From assembly GCA_012295275.1 (NCBI GenBank), contig CM022672.1:248001-312000 (forward strand): 64,000 nt of DNA, in the 5' to 3' direction. The notes below the pieces were generated by a model. It did no database searches. It saw only the letters and a program-made list of their open reading frames with translations, and was not told the origin of the DNA. The position numbers and the translations under genes were made by a program. Origin of the DNA: Chrysomallon squamiferum (lineage: Eukaryota; Animalia; Mollusca). Every line of letters begins with the position of its first letter. The stretch's first letter is position 1. Of the stretch, positions 47,848 to 64,000 are shown piece after piece.

Positions 47848-50800
47848 TTACTCCAAACCAAACCCCTCAGCATTCTGTATAGCAGCAGTAAGTTTCTGTC
47901 TCAGAATTCGCTTACTTTTGTATGCTGGCAGGACAAGCTGATTAAAACAAGTGTGGGCCATTGGTAATCTGAAAACAGAACACAAATAACAGCAATCAGA
48001 GAATTTTTAATTCTGAAATGTTTTTTTGAAAAAAGGGAGCTCCTGCACATACAATGAACAAAGTTTATATTATAGACAGAGATATAATTATTATTATGAA
48101 CAAACAGACAGCTATTTCAAACTAACAGTTCCTGTCCAGATACACGTGTGATCTTAAAAGACATCTCGGACATTCCTCCGACAGGGATTCTATCACTTCC
48201 TGTTGTGAACAGAAGCAGCTTCTTCTGCAGGTCACTCGGCCACGACAGCACAACATCCCAGAAAAACCTGAAAATACAACAACAATTTATTTCACTTTTT
48301 TTAAGAAACAGTTTTCATCCTGTTCTAAATTTTACAACCTAATAAAATCCTATAAACAAATCAGAAGGAATGAATAATTAACAATATTGCAGTACATTTT
48401 CATTATTAACAGTTGTTACAAAATATTTTACATAATGAGATGAGAGAAGAAACATGTCAAACTGAGAAACTTTTCACCATGTTTTTGTGTACGACACGTA
48501 CATCACTATAAATGAACAAGCTATTGTACAGACATGTAGGAACTAAAAATACATTTTATAAACATATTTTTCTTATAAATGAACACGGTACTATTTTCAA
48601 AGAGGAGAGTTTTGCTGAGTTTTCTTACTTGATGGTGTGGTCTTGTGCTGAGTAGCCGTCATACACAGTCACTTTCTTCAACTCAGACATGTCCAGCGTT
48701 GGACTGCCACACACCAACATTTCAACTTCTTCAGGCCGCAGCATCTGTTGACATATTTAAACTGCTTTTAGCTTCTTTGTTTTTATAATACAACACATTT
48801 GTGATTTTCTTCAATTCATGTCTGTTTCAGAATGCATGCATGTTTTTTATTTGAAAAAAATAACTGAGATACATGAATAATTATGTTTATTAAAAAACAA
48901 ACATGTAACTCACAATAAGAGCATTAGATGCACACACACTGTGGAAACCATGATAGAAAGCTTGGAACTGTGGGTAAACTGATCTGTTGAGAACCCAATC
49001 CACATACAACTGAACATACTCTGAAAAATAGTCAAACTTTTACTTTATTTGCTTTCAGTTTAACACCAGGCAATATATGACTATTACTTATTTTACATAT
49101 TTACTTAAAAAGTAAATGATGCATCAAGGTTTACTGTAAAAATAATATTGGACTAGAATCATACCTGTCAAATAATAAATAAAAATATGCTTTGAATGGA
49201 TTTTCTAGACATAAATTAAAAACAATTTACCTATTTTATTTTCATCTGAAACTGAAATGTTTTCTCCACCAGGTTTCAGAGGCAGAGTCTTCATTCCACC
49301 AAACTGAGTCTGTGATATCTGAAACATAACCTCTCTCTTTTACATAACTTTAGTGTTGTTCTTTTTCAAAATCAAATCCTTCTGACAATTAATAATTGCT
49401 GTTGCCTTTTTAAACATTAATTTTTAATGACCTGCTTCTTAGCATTTTATTCAAAAAATTTATATTAATTTTTGAAGAAAAATTTAAAATAATAACATGA
49501 GTGTTAAAACTGAATGTTTTACTCTGAACTGAGTTTTTACCTTTTAATGTTAAATGTATTTTTAGATTTTTTGATTAACTTAAAGGTAAAAATGAAATAT
49601 TTCCATAAACCTGAAAAGTCAACCCAAAATCCTCCTCCACATTTCCATCATAGTCCAACAAATCCTGTAAACCTTTAGCAATATCCTGAACACAAACAGA
49701 CAGTGAAAATGAAAATGTCATAAAACAGTAATAAACAGTGTTCAAACAAAAATATAATGTTAAGGCACTGTTAGTGAAAATGTTATCAGCAGATATACAC
49801 TGTTGTCAGAGTACAGTTACACCTTCATAAAATAAATATTAAAAACAGTAACAGATAATATAGAGAAGTTTACACACCAGAGAAAGAACTGTCGGTAATA
49901 ACAATTTAAACACCAATTTTCAAACATAATAATTATTTACAACAACAACATAAAAAGTATACATTATTTATCAGATCAGAAACAACAGTAAAATTCTTGA
50001 ATATAACGCTTAGAAAATATTGAACTGCTATACATACAGGCTGAACCATTTTTAAGTCATCCAGAGAAAGTGGAGCAACTCCCACTGTGGCTCGTGGGTT
50101 GTTGAAAGGTACAACAGCTGGACTAAGCAGTTTCTTGTAACAGCAGGCAGGAAAATGTAAATCTAGATTGATACTGTTGTACACAGCCAGCCCCATCAAC
50201 TTTCAGTGTTAGGAAACTTGTAAACAATGATTTTTAAAAAATAATTTTTGAATAAACATTCATTTTAAAAATAAAAAACTGGTTGATAGGAGATCATTTG
50301 TATCAGGTGTGTTTGAAGAATGAGGGTATGAACAAAGAATAACTGTCATGGGTGACAGGTAGATAAGAAAGATGTGTTTATCAGGTAGATAAGAAAGATG
50401 TGTTTATCAGGTAGATAAGAAAGATGTGTTTATCAGGTAGATATGAAAGATAAGTTTATCAGGTAGATATGAAAGATGTGTTTATCAGGTTGATAAAGAA
50501 AGATGTGTTTATCAGGTAGATAAGAAAGATGTGTTTATCAGGTAGATAAGAAAGATGTGTTTATCAGGTAGATAAGAAAGATGTGTTTATCAGGTAGATA
50601 AGAAAGATGTGTTTATCAGGTAGATAAGAAAGATAAGTTTATCAGGTAGATATGAAAGATGTGTTTATCAGGTTGATAAGAAAGATGTGTTTATCAGGTA
50701 GATAAGAAAGATGTGTTTATCAGGTAGATAAGAAAGATGTGTTTATCAGGTAGATAAGAAAGATGTGTTTATCAGGTAGATAAGAAAGATGTGTTTATCA

Positions 50801-53800
50801 GGTAGATATGAAAGATAAGTTTATCAGGTAGATATGAAAGATGTGTTTATCAGGTTGATAAGAAAGATGTGTTTATCAGGTTGATAAGAAAGATGTGTTT
50901 ATCAGGTAGATAAGAAAGATGTGTTTATCAGGTAGATATGAAAGATGTGTTTATCAGGTAGATATGAAAGATAAGTTTATCAGGTAGATATGAAAGATGT
51001 GTTTATCAGGTTGATAAGAAAGATGTGTTTATCAGTATGAAAGATGTGTTTATCAGGTAGATATGAAAGATGTGTTTATCAGGTTGATAAGAAAGATGTG
51101 TTTATCAGGTAGATATGAAAGATGTGTTTATCAGGTTGATAAGAAAGACGTGTTTATCAGTATGAAAGATGTGTTTATCAGGTAGATATGAAAGACGTGT
51201 TTATCAGGTAGATATGAAAGATGTGTTTATCAGGTAGATAAGAAAGACGTGTTTATCAGGTTGATAAGAAAGATGTGTTTATCAGGTAGATATGAAAGAT
51301 GTGTTTATCAGGTTGATAAGAAAGACGTGTTTATCAGGTTGATAAGAAAGATGTGTTTATCAGGTAGATATGAAAGATGTGTTTGTCAGGTGGATATGAA
51401 AGATGTGTTTATCAGGTAACTATGAAAGATGTGTTTATCAGGTAGATAAGAAAGATGTGTTTATCAGATAGGTTTGAAAGATGTGTTTGTCACGTGGATA
51501 TGAAAGATGTGTTTATCAGGTAGATATGAAAGATGTGTTTATCAGGTTGATATGAAAGATGTGTTTATCAGATAGATATGTTTATCAGTATGAAAGATGT
51601 GTTTATCAGGTAACTATGAAAGATGTGTTTATCAGGTAGATATGAAAGATGTGTTTATCAGGTGGCAGACATTGTGAATTTAATCATTTAACTATTTGAA
51701 ACGGTCTCCATTCTGCTGAAATGAGGAATCTGGATCAGACCCTGTTAGAAATACTGAGTATAACCAGTGGTTTAACAGTGACATAGAACAGATAGTGGTG
51801 TGAAAGGATACAACTCCAACAAGGTTGAATTCCTGGTAGTTGTCACAAGGAATGGAGCTGAACCAGTACACACCAGACTTCTTGTTGTATGTGAACATTC
51901 CATAGTCAGTCTGGAAGATTTTACGTATGAGCAGCAGAAACCATTCCTTAGTGAGTCCTCCCATGTCCAGTCCAGGCTCCCCAGCAAATGTCACCTTCAG
52001 CTTCTTCTTGAGATCATGCTGTTTGCGTGCTATCTGTAACATTAAATTACACTTGTAACAGTACACAGACTTGTAACACTACACAGACTTCAGAAATGTG
52101 TATAAAATACTGCTACATAGATCAGAAATGTGTATAAAAATGTTGCTGTGTAAAAAAAAAAATCAATATTATTATAAATTGAAACTGTATCAAAGATCAC
52201 AAGACAAGTTTCAACCACACTGATTAACAGTTGCTGTGAAAAACTGAATTTTGTCAGACTGATAAATGTGACTAAATGACAGTGGTAAAGTGTGTAGAAG
52301 GTTTAAAAAGTTCTCACTTCGTGGAGAGAGTCAGAGACAAGATGAGATCGACGGATGGTGAGGTTTAGAAACAACATTCCAATGTCAGGCAACTGTCGTC
52401 TCTGAACCTTTGCAACCAGACTTTTCTGTGAGGGAGAAATACCACTGTCACATTTACATCAGCAATATCATTCAACATTTACTTCATTAATATGTCAGTA
52501 AACATTTTATTATTTTACATTTACTTCATTAATATCTCTCAGTAACCTTTGTAATATTTAACATTTACTTTAATAATAAGACTCAGTAAACCTTTTAACA
52601 TTTCACAATGACTTCAAAATATTACAAATATATAAGTCACTAATACAATATTTGATGTTCTCTACAATAACCAAAACGAATAAAAACATTAATATTCTAA
52701 CTACATGCATAATGTTAGCATAAGACTTAAACTGACTGGTTACCCACACTAAATATATGAAGTTATACCAATCAGAGCTAAAGACATTAGACAGAATGAA
52801 ACAATCAGTGAGCTGACAATAAAAACATGAAACAAAACCCACCCTGGCCATGACAATCATCTGCTGCTCTGAATCTTTCTGCAGTATGGATCTCTTTGCA
52901 GCAATACTCAGAATGAACGGATACTGACAGAATGAGAATCTGTCAAAACAACATTTCTCTAAACAAATATTTTATCACTGTAACAGTTTGAATACTTTTT
53001 AATAACAATGAAATAACTTAAAACAATTGTTTACAGTATTTAATTAATACTATTTTTTAAACTAGTTTAATTATCACTGATGTAATTATATATATAATGA
53101 ATACAAAACTAGTTATCAGCTGCATGTAGATAAACTGTTGCTATTAAAATTAACTCATTTAAAATGTTTTTACTCGAAAAGTTAATAGATATGTATAATA
53201 TATATATTGTAAATACAGTATGTAATACTTTGCATAATGTGAAATGTATAACACCATTATAACTGCAAGTCAAACAAAATATGTAAATTTTAAGAACTAA
53301 GATTCAGATACATATCCATACTACATTATAACGGTTTACCCTGAATGAGAATTAGGATTCTGCCAGGCGTAGTATTCTGCCATCAGATCCAAATGATCCA
53401 GTGAGCTGTTGTAGAAGTCAACATACGAAAACACTGGAGTAAACATGTTGTTACTAGCATCTATAATAAACAAACATTAATACTGATGTAAACATGTTAC
53501 ATCTATAGTAAACATCAACACTGGTGTAAACATGTTACATCTGTAATAAATAAACATCAATACTGATGTAAACATGTTTCATCTGTAATAAACAAACATC
53601 AATACAGATGTAAACATGTTACATCTGTAATAAACATCAACATTGGTGTAAATTTGTCACATCTGTAATAAACAAACATCAATACTGATGTAAACGTATT
53701 ATTTCTCTAATAAACAAATATCAACACTGGTGTAAACATGTTATTTCTGTAATAAACAAACATCAAACAAAACAGAAACTCAACAGAGACAAGTTGTTTT

Positions 53801-56800
53801 GATCCACAGAATGAACTCAAATATGTTTTGGCTAATTTTGTGGTCTTGTCATTCTGTTAATTTATTATTTATTTCATTGTTTTTTTTTATTTTGTATTTT
53901 ACTTAAATTGTTTAAATACTCACAGAGATAAAAAGGAATGAAATATTTTTAAATGACTTACTAAACAAAGCCATCACTTTTGTTGCACTTGGAATCCACC
54001 AGGTACACTTAGACAAGGGAGGTAAGTCCTGAGGTTTTGGAGGAAACAGTCGAACAGAAATGAAATTTTGTAGTCGATCAATTATAGCTTTCATCACTGA
54101 TGGCTTCAGTCTTAAAAAATAAAAATAATATTCAATTTATAAAATACTGTCCTTCTAATATGGACAAAGAATAAATTAATATTATCAAAAATTCTGTCAA
54201 GATCCAAAAGTAAAACAATATTCTGTAAATCACACCGCTGTCCCAGAAATATTCTACAAATGTTTACCTTCTGATCCAGTGTAAAAGAAACATTCAGTAA
54301 ACAGATGTTTACCTCCTGATTCAGTGTAAACGAAACATTCAGTAAACAGATGTTTACCTCCTGATCCAGTGTACCAAAAAATGGTGGTCATGGTCTGATA
54401 AAGCAGCAATTTGTCTTAGCAGGTGAGCAAATATGATGTACGTTGACTGTGATGTGAACTGTGGATTCTGAAACAAAAAAGTTACAGTTCACTGAACATA
54501 CCTCCTACAGTCATACTTTGGTGCACTCCATACTACATTTCAGTAAACTTCAGCAAACTCCCAGACTCACACTAAAACATGTCTCTGTGCTGTGCATTTT
54601 TATTTGTATGAAATTCAGTCATGATTCTGGCATTTAATGTGGAAAAATAATTAAAATACCTGAAGTAGTATGAGGTACGCTCGTAGATCATCTTTACTGT
54701 GAGGCCTGAAATACAAAATACACTGTAAATATTAAACACACCTCAAACTAACAAAAACAACCACTTGTAATATAATAAATACACTGTTAACTGTGCATTA
54801 TATGATTTTATATCATATCATTACAAATTATACTATAATACACTGTGAATTAACTAATTAACTCTTACACAGTCGTTGTTATGTCACTTTACACACTATA
54901 TAAATATATACTATCAGATATAATAAATTGTGTAACATACCAACTTGTATCATGTACATTACAAGTGTTATACAATACACTGTGTATTATACCAATTTGT
55001 ATCTTATACATTACAAATGTTATACAGTTTTATAAAATAATACAATGACACTGACACAACATAAAACATAAATAATAAACGAGACTGCTTCAACATTGAT
55101 ACAATATTTAAAACCCCAAAAATATATACACAAACACTGATACTGATACAACACTGAAATCTACACAAACAGCCAAGCCTAGTCTGATGTGGAAACTCAG
55201 AAATAAAAATGATTTGATAAAGTTATGTTTACTAAGAACTGTGACAACTCAGAGATGTAAGAAATCTTACATTACCCCACTGTGAGACTATTTTACAGCT
55301 GTGATTTCTATTAATGTTTTGAGCATGAATTATCATTTAATTACTTATAAATAAAATGATTACATCTGAGATATCTGAACTGTAACTGTTACAGTATGTT
55401 ACACTTTTCTTCTAAATGTGAAATGTTTCCAGTAACATGCTGTAAATTTCACAACAGATAAGAGTTTCTGACAACAAAATAGTTAAAGTTTGTGTGAAAA
55501 AAAAGGTATTTGCTTACCATATCCTGTGATCATGACTTCTTGTACGCAAAATAAAATGTTTAAATATTATACATATAAGTAGTAGTCATAACATGTGTAA
55601 TTATAGCATGTGAATATACATGTATACATATACTTGCATGTGTAAGTGTGTGTGTTTATAGATAGATATATATATTGTTTGGATGGATGGATGGATGGGC
55701 TGATGGGGTGAAGGATAGACAGCCAGATATTAATAGGATAAGAAAAATCTTACCGCTTATCTTTGAGCAAACTGTTGATTATAGCCTTTAAAACATCTTT
55801 CTGTATGTCATTAGGCTGAAACAAATAATATTAACTTTAACTTAAAACATATAATTCTACTATCATATATCTAAATCACTAAGTTATTTACTAGTATCCT
55901 GTTTCTAAATCACTGTATTAATTCCTAGTACCAGTTACTAAGTAATATATACTAATATCCTATTTCTAAATCACTAAATTATTTACTGGTATCCTGTTAC
56001 TAAATAATTAAATAACTTACTAGGGTCATGTTTGTACTACTTACTAATGACAGTAAAATGTAGTAAATTTCTCCGACGTAGTCAAATTTTATACCAGGGT
56101 CATCAACAGTCTTGTATTCTTTGGATTGGTCAGTCTGGAACACAAACATGAAACTATTATATTTTATTTTTCAGTAAACAAGTAATAAAGTTTTACTACT
56201 CAAAGAAACATTACATTTCACACACAATAACATAAATAAACAGTGGTGTGGTTAGTTAACATAAATAAACTGGTATTCATTACTTAACATAAATAAACAG
56301 TGTTGTTTTTAGTAAACATAAATAAACAGTGGTGTTGTTACATAACATAAACAAACAGTGGTTATGTTACATAATATAAATAAACAGCAGTTTGTTACAT
56401 AATAAATAGTGGTGTTGTTACATAACAATTTTTTAGTAATATACAAATGAAAAAGCTAAGATTTATACCTTTATTAATGAAAACAGTAAATATTGATAAT
56501 TTCACAAAGACATTTATCAAATAAAATAATGGAAATATTGATAATTGTGTAATAGAGAAAGTGATAAAGTGTAAGTGGAACACAAATGTGACATTAATGA
56601 AACTGATAATTCTAAACACACCTTGAAAGCAGCATTTAATTCAGCAAATGAGTCAAAAATTGTTGCATAGAAATCATGAAGAGATCTCCAGTTTCCTGAA
56701 TTTCGACTAATCTTCACTTCCTCTCTACATAAAAAACATATAAATAATAAATGCTACAGAGATAAAAAAAAAATAAACCACATAAATATAACAACTTATA

Positions 56801-58329
56801 AATGTGATAATCAGCTCGGTACTGGTTTCTTAGCTTCTTTTATTCAGCTGTTTAACATTCAAAGTAACATCAGCTTCCTTTTCAGTATTCAGAAATAAGT
56901 TTAAAATACTTTAGTTATTATATTGTTTAGATAATGCTTAGATATGTTACTAACATCAGTCATTCTACTGTTTAAATAATGTTTAAATATATTAAAAATA
57001 TCCTCACTTGATCTATTGTTTAGATAATGTTTAGAGAATGATTATATAAGTTAAAATTGCTCTCAATTGTTCTGTTTAGACAAAGTTCAGATTAGCTAAA
57101 AATAATCTTAATTGTTCTACTGTTTAGATAAGTTAAAAATAACCTCAGCTGTTCTAATGTTGCATTTTTCAAAGGATTTATGTCTTTCATCTCAACTGGA
57201 GGTGGTTCAGATGGACTATTTCGTGGAGAAACCTGAGGATTGGGGTGGGGTGTGTTTGATGGCACTGATAGATAAGATGGTTTTTTGTTAACATGTGTCA
57301 AATTTTTCTGATCTTCAATGGGAGGTAACTCTGATTTAGTTGGCATGTTGGATCCATTTGGTGTGTGACGATCTTGTGAATTGTTTGATGAAGAGCTGCC
57401 AAGGTTTTGAAAAAAATTTGCTATAGACTGCAGTCGACCACCTCGCTTGTTCTTGCCACTGGCTTCCTGAAATCATAAAATATTTTTAAAACACAGGAAA
57501 AAATCATTTTTAAAAACTGATTAAACATTTGCAAAAATATATTTAATCTTATTCTTTTTTTATTATTATTATTATTATATTAAAATATTATTTTCTTCAT
57601 CATCTTCTTATTAAATAACAATAAACTGAAGATATTAAGTTTACAAAACTATTTTTTTAAATCTGCATAAAACAAAAGATAAAACTTTTTGTTTTCAGAT
57701 AGTTTATTAATATGGTATGTATATATGTGTGGGTGTATGTATGTATGTATGTACATGTACATATATATATATATATGAGTTCATTGCAGCTATTAAATGC
57801 ATATAAACTCAGATAATGCTACATTATTGCAGGGTATTTATATTTTTTTATTAGTAATGGCAGTCATATTTGTGTTTTTGTTTATGCGTGACGTGCTATG
57901 TGTAGCTTTTTCTTCTTATTCTTCTTCTTTTTTTATTTTTTATTTGTTCTTCTTAATAACGGGATAAACCTAAATAAATAAATAATATTGATCTGCAGAT
58001 TAATACAATGTAAACTCCAACAATTAAACCGAAAAATATGTGAATGGCTAGAGCTCTATTAAACTCATTTGACTATAAAAGAAGAACGATTTCGATACTA
58101 TTCGATTACAACTCACAGGACTGTCTCTTAGATTAGGAAGTCTTGCTGCATTTTCTTGCCGGCTTCTCCTATAAGAAGGTGGTCGTTCTGCAGATTCGCG
58201 GTCATAAAAGTTTCCACAGTTCGGACAAATAGTTCGTTTTGAACCGGCAGCTTGCGGAACGGTGTGATCGCAAGTCGGACATGTCACTGAATCCGCCACA
58301 CCGCCTGCTCCGGACGACGAGGCCGCCAT
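47848..58329 (-). CDS. HECTD2: HECT-type E3 ubiquitin ligase HECTD2 (19 exons)
   Basis: Exons 58329-58117, 57466-57144, 56724-56622, 56134-56045, 55815-55754, 54705-54660, 54467-54358, 54110-53962, 53460-53340, 52939-52843, 52425-52318, 52033-51812, 50199-50038, 49685-49611, 49318-49231, 49020-48914, 48744-48629, 48267-48127, 47968-47848. Motifs [58 protein letters not shown] (catalytic Cys), NAEGFGLE*. Confidence 0.93.
50200..51811 (-). other. U12-type (minor spliceosome) GT-AG intron of HECTD2
   Basis: Donor GTATCCTTT (51811-51803); branch-point-like TTTCCTAAC (50216-50208) just upstream of the AAG acceptor; no polypyrimidine tract. Confidence 0.85.
50356..51663. repeat. 26-bp satellite, ~50 copies
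   Basis: caggtagataagaaagatgtgtttat units with tat/taa and gtag/gttg variants. Confidence 0.95.
53430..53765. repeat. Tandem array copying a HECTD2 acceptor and exon start
   Basis: Minus strand tttattayag|atg..aacatgtttacaccagtgttg units; real acceptor at 53461/53460. Confidence 0.8.
54260..54375. repeat. Triple ~45-bp duplication of a HECTD2 exon end and donor
   Basis: Minus strand tacactggatcaggag|gtaaacatctgtttactgaatgtt x3. Confidence 0.85.
56225..56425. repeat. ~30-bp minisatellite
   Basis: acataaataaacagtggtgttgtt units. Confidence 0.75.
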
Positions 58330-58436
58330 AACCAGAGTGCACATTTGACCACTATGATTTTATTACATAATACAATTAACGTTTGTCAGCTGTTGATCAG
58401 TGGTGAAATTATCAAACCTGGAACAAGCTCTCAAAT

Positions 58437-58476
58437 GCGCCATGTTGGATTTTAGAATAAGATGCCGTGACGTCAC
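58437..58476. promoter_or_regulatory. HECTD2 proximal promoter motifs: YY1-like GCGCCATGTT and CRE palindrome GTGACGTCAC
   Basis: Motifs at 58437-58446 and 58467-58476, ~110-150 bp upstream of the HECTD2 ATG in a locally CpG-richer patch. Confidence 0.5.
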
Positions 58477-59293
58477 ATGTGGAGCATCGGGCCATTGATC
58501 GGTGTGCATAATTACCATGACAACCAGCACTGTCTGTCTGTAACAACAAACGTAACGGTTGCATTCACAGAATCATTCGATAATCCTATTTTTAAAGCAA
58601 ACTAAGATCCTTACACTTGCATTTGCGTAAGCCTTCTTTCTCGATTCGGAATTTTATACACGACTGAATCTGCCTAGCTACCTCACAGAGTAATCCCAGA
58701 TAAGCTCTAGGTGGTTTTGGGGGTGTCGTTTTTTTTTTTTTTTTTTTTTTTATTATTTTATTTTTTTTTTTTTTTTTGTGTGTGTGTGTGTGTGTGTGTC
58801 TGTGAATGTTTCAAGGCATCTGTTAGGTAAGTCTTATTTCACGCCTCGCAAGATGACATGAGATATTCTTTATTATTATATTTTTTTATGCGATATTTCT
58901 CGATTTCTTTCTCGAACTGAATGTGTGGGTTGCGATATAGTTACATTATTAAATCCTGGAAGCTGTTTCTGGTGCACAGTAAACGTAGTGTATGTATAAT
59001 TTACACACTTGAATTTTTTTTACAGGTGAATAATTGTTTATGATATAGTTAATGACAATAACTCTTTGTGTGCTCAGTCAGTATTTTATAATTTAGTGCG
59101 CACACACACAGACACACACACACACACACACAACATAAACACTATAGATTTTATTGATTAGAAATACGAAACAACAGTGTAATAACAAAAGGCAAATATT
59201 CTCCAAAATATCTTTTGTAAATGTTTAAATAAAACTATAGATTATCTACTTCATCATCTTTCAGAAAAAATCAAAAATCAAAAAAAATAAAAA

Positions 59294-59335
<42 letters not shown>

Positions 59336-61007
59336 ATTATTATTATTATTATTATTTAATGTGACTAAGTTGGTGTGGTAATATCATTTTCACACAAATC
59401 TTTTTATATATATATATATATATATATTTTTTTCCTTTGATGATCAGAAAACGTAGGATAAATTTTGCGGCTAAAAAAATCTAAGACAAATATCAGAAAT
59501 TAAAAACCTGTAATCTGTGGCGATCATGTTATCCTCCGTTCAAATGCACGGTTCATTCCCTGCAGAAAACTTTAAATAAAACAAACAAAAAAAAACATTT
59601 CTCACATAGCCCAACAAAATTTGAGATGGGTATGTGATTCGTTTGATATTAAACTGGCAATAGCAGCTACCGTTTTGATATAAAGATTGCATAACTCAGC
59701 AAGTGAACGAAAGATGAGTGAATGAAATTCATACATAGTATAAAACAAAATCATTAACTGAACACAGATTCATGTGCAGTTTACGAGAATTCCACGAACA
59801 ATCTATTTCGGTCTTCATGGCTGACAAATAAATTCAAATTGATTTCATTGGTAACTACATAAAAGGACAGTTTCTAGTTCACAATTCAGGGAATAAATAT
59901 CAGATGTGTGTGTGTGTGTGTGTAAAATTTGCAGAAATCTGTAAAATGCTCGCGACTTTTGATCACATTTACTTAGAAACATACAATCTGGATTATATTC
60001 TTTTAACATTCTGCACCTGCTTTATTTTATAACTGATTTAGTAAAAGCAAGAAAATTGGCATTAAAAAGACAGTTTTGTTTCATTTATCAGTAAAATGTC
60101 ATGTCATGAATATGGAAAGAAGCGCAATTTGCCAAGGTTACAATCTGCACATGCCGATATATAGTTATTGATATTTATTTTATAATCGATTTGCTGCATT
60201 GTAAACACAACAACATAATTTAAAAACTAGATTTTCTAATCCTAAACTGATCTACCGAAGCGTCTCCGATACAACAACTGCCAGGGTTTCTGTTGGTTCA
60301 AAATACAAAATGGCGCGTTGTAACTGAATAGGCTTATGTATGTCCTTTGATTAAATCCATGGCAATCAATTATGAAATGAGAACAGGTTTATCTCCTAAA
60401 TTACTTAGAATTATGAACAGTTATTTTCTAGGTATTATTTCAACAATTCTAGCAGGTCAAACAGTTTACAAATGTACCAAGTACTGACACAGAACTAAAA
60501 TGGATGGTTTAAATTATTACAATAAATTATTTTGTTTTATTGCTTAGTGTGTTTCTGATCAATTTTCAAAGCTGATTCTGCTTTGCTATGAGACTGACAA
60601 TGATATGTTGAACTATGAAAAGTGAATTTTCTCTCAGATATAAACTGTGTTAATTCACTGCTAGCAAGAAAACATTAACAACAGGTGTTTTGAAGTCAGG
60701 GACAAAAATTGTTCTTTCTAAAAACGGACTCCTCCATTCAGTAAGAGCACTGAACTGCAGACGATGAATAGAATGAAACATATCTGTACATGGTTTAGTA
60801 TTTCTTACAACATGACACATATTTCATTTTCTTTACGTGATATGTATTTTCGGCCGGCTCAGTCCATTAAAGTAATACTTAACTCACTCACAACAGACTG
60901 AAGAAATAATTTTAAAAAAAACAATTATCAAAGAAAAACGTTTGCATCCAGATTTCTGACACATACATACACACGCACCTAGTCACATGCAACTATGTAT
61001 CGAATAA

Positions 61008-61130
<123 letters not shown>

Positions 61131-61356
61131 AAAGTAATAAAATTGGTAGGAAGTCAGCAATGTCCTCTCCTAAACAAACAACAATTTAGAGCAGTTCTGT
61201 GACAAAGAAGGTAAACAGTAAATAACTAAAACACAGTTATAAAGATGTAGTTATCATTCCAATTTGAAAAAAATAAAGTGTTTTCTCAAAAATAAAATAA
61301 AGAAATAAAATAATTGAACGTCTGTAAATGTTTTTAAAATACAAACGAAATTTAAC

Positions 61357-61394
<38 letters not shown>

Positions 61395-61652
61395 TTAAGG
61401 TCAGTATAACTGTTTTGTGTAAATAAAATTAATTTGGTTATAATCTGGTAGAAATCAAGAAACAAACAGTATCCGAGAATGGCCGAAATCTTACGAATAT
61501 ATTAAAGGGAAATAATTCAAAACATTCAACGTCATGCTAAGTTTGTTGGAAAGTATTGATATCGTTCTTAGTAGGTGATTGTCTAAAAGTAGAGAACAGA
61601 AAGTATATACATAAATTATTTATAGTGCAAAAACAGGAAAGAAACAACCAAA

Positions 61653-63995
<2,343 letters not shown>

Positions 63996-64000
63996 ATAAT

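Noticed and set aside
50356-51663. Regular repeat array as a possible CRISPR
   Set aside because: Head-to-tail 26-bp units with no unique spacers, in a eukaryotic intron with no cas genes.

Overview
AT-rich, intron-rich eukaryotic (metazoan, probably molluscan/lophotrochozoan) genomic DNA with five spliced genes. (1) <1-35641 (+): 3' part of a giant type-I membrane protein built from tandem ~1,000-aa modules (LamG/ConA-like, Ig-like, VWD, Cys-rich, EGF; VWDE-like). It has a Thr/Ser mucin insert, a furin site, a TM helix and a Tyr-rich tail, and over 3,800 aa lie in this window. (2) 38956-41895 (-): small secreted-leader TM protein with two Cys-box (three-finger/Ly6- or TGF-beta-receptor-like) ectodomains. 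(3) ERI1 (+, 42523-45322). (4) HECTD2 (-, 47848-58329), with a U12-type intron and an N-terminal C4 zinc ribbon. (5) TEX261 (+, 61653-63995). Introns hold a decayed Tc1, a Tigger/pogo deletion derivative, two MITEs and many minisatellites. At least ten intronic tandem arrays or duplications are copies of the adjacent exon-intron junction, so they carry decoy splice sites. Two places in gene 1 (4566-4570 and 33586-34380) look like assembly errors. All exon boundaries were read by eye and no database searches were run.
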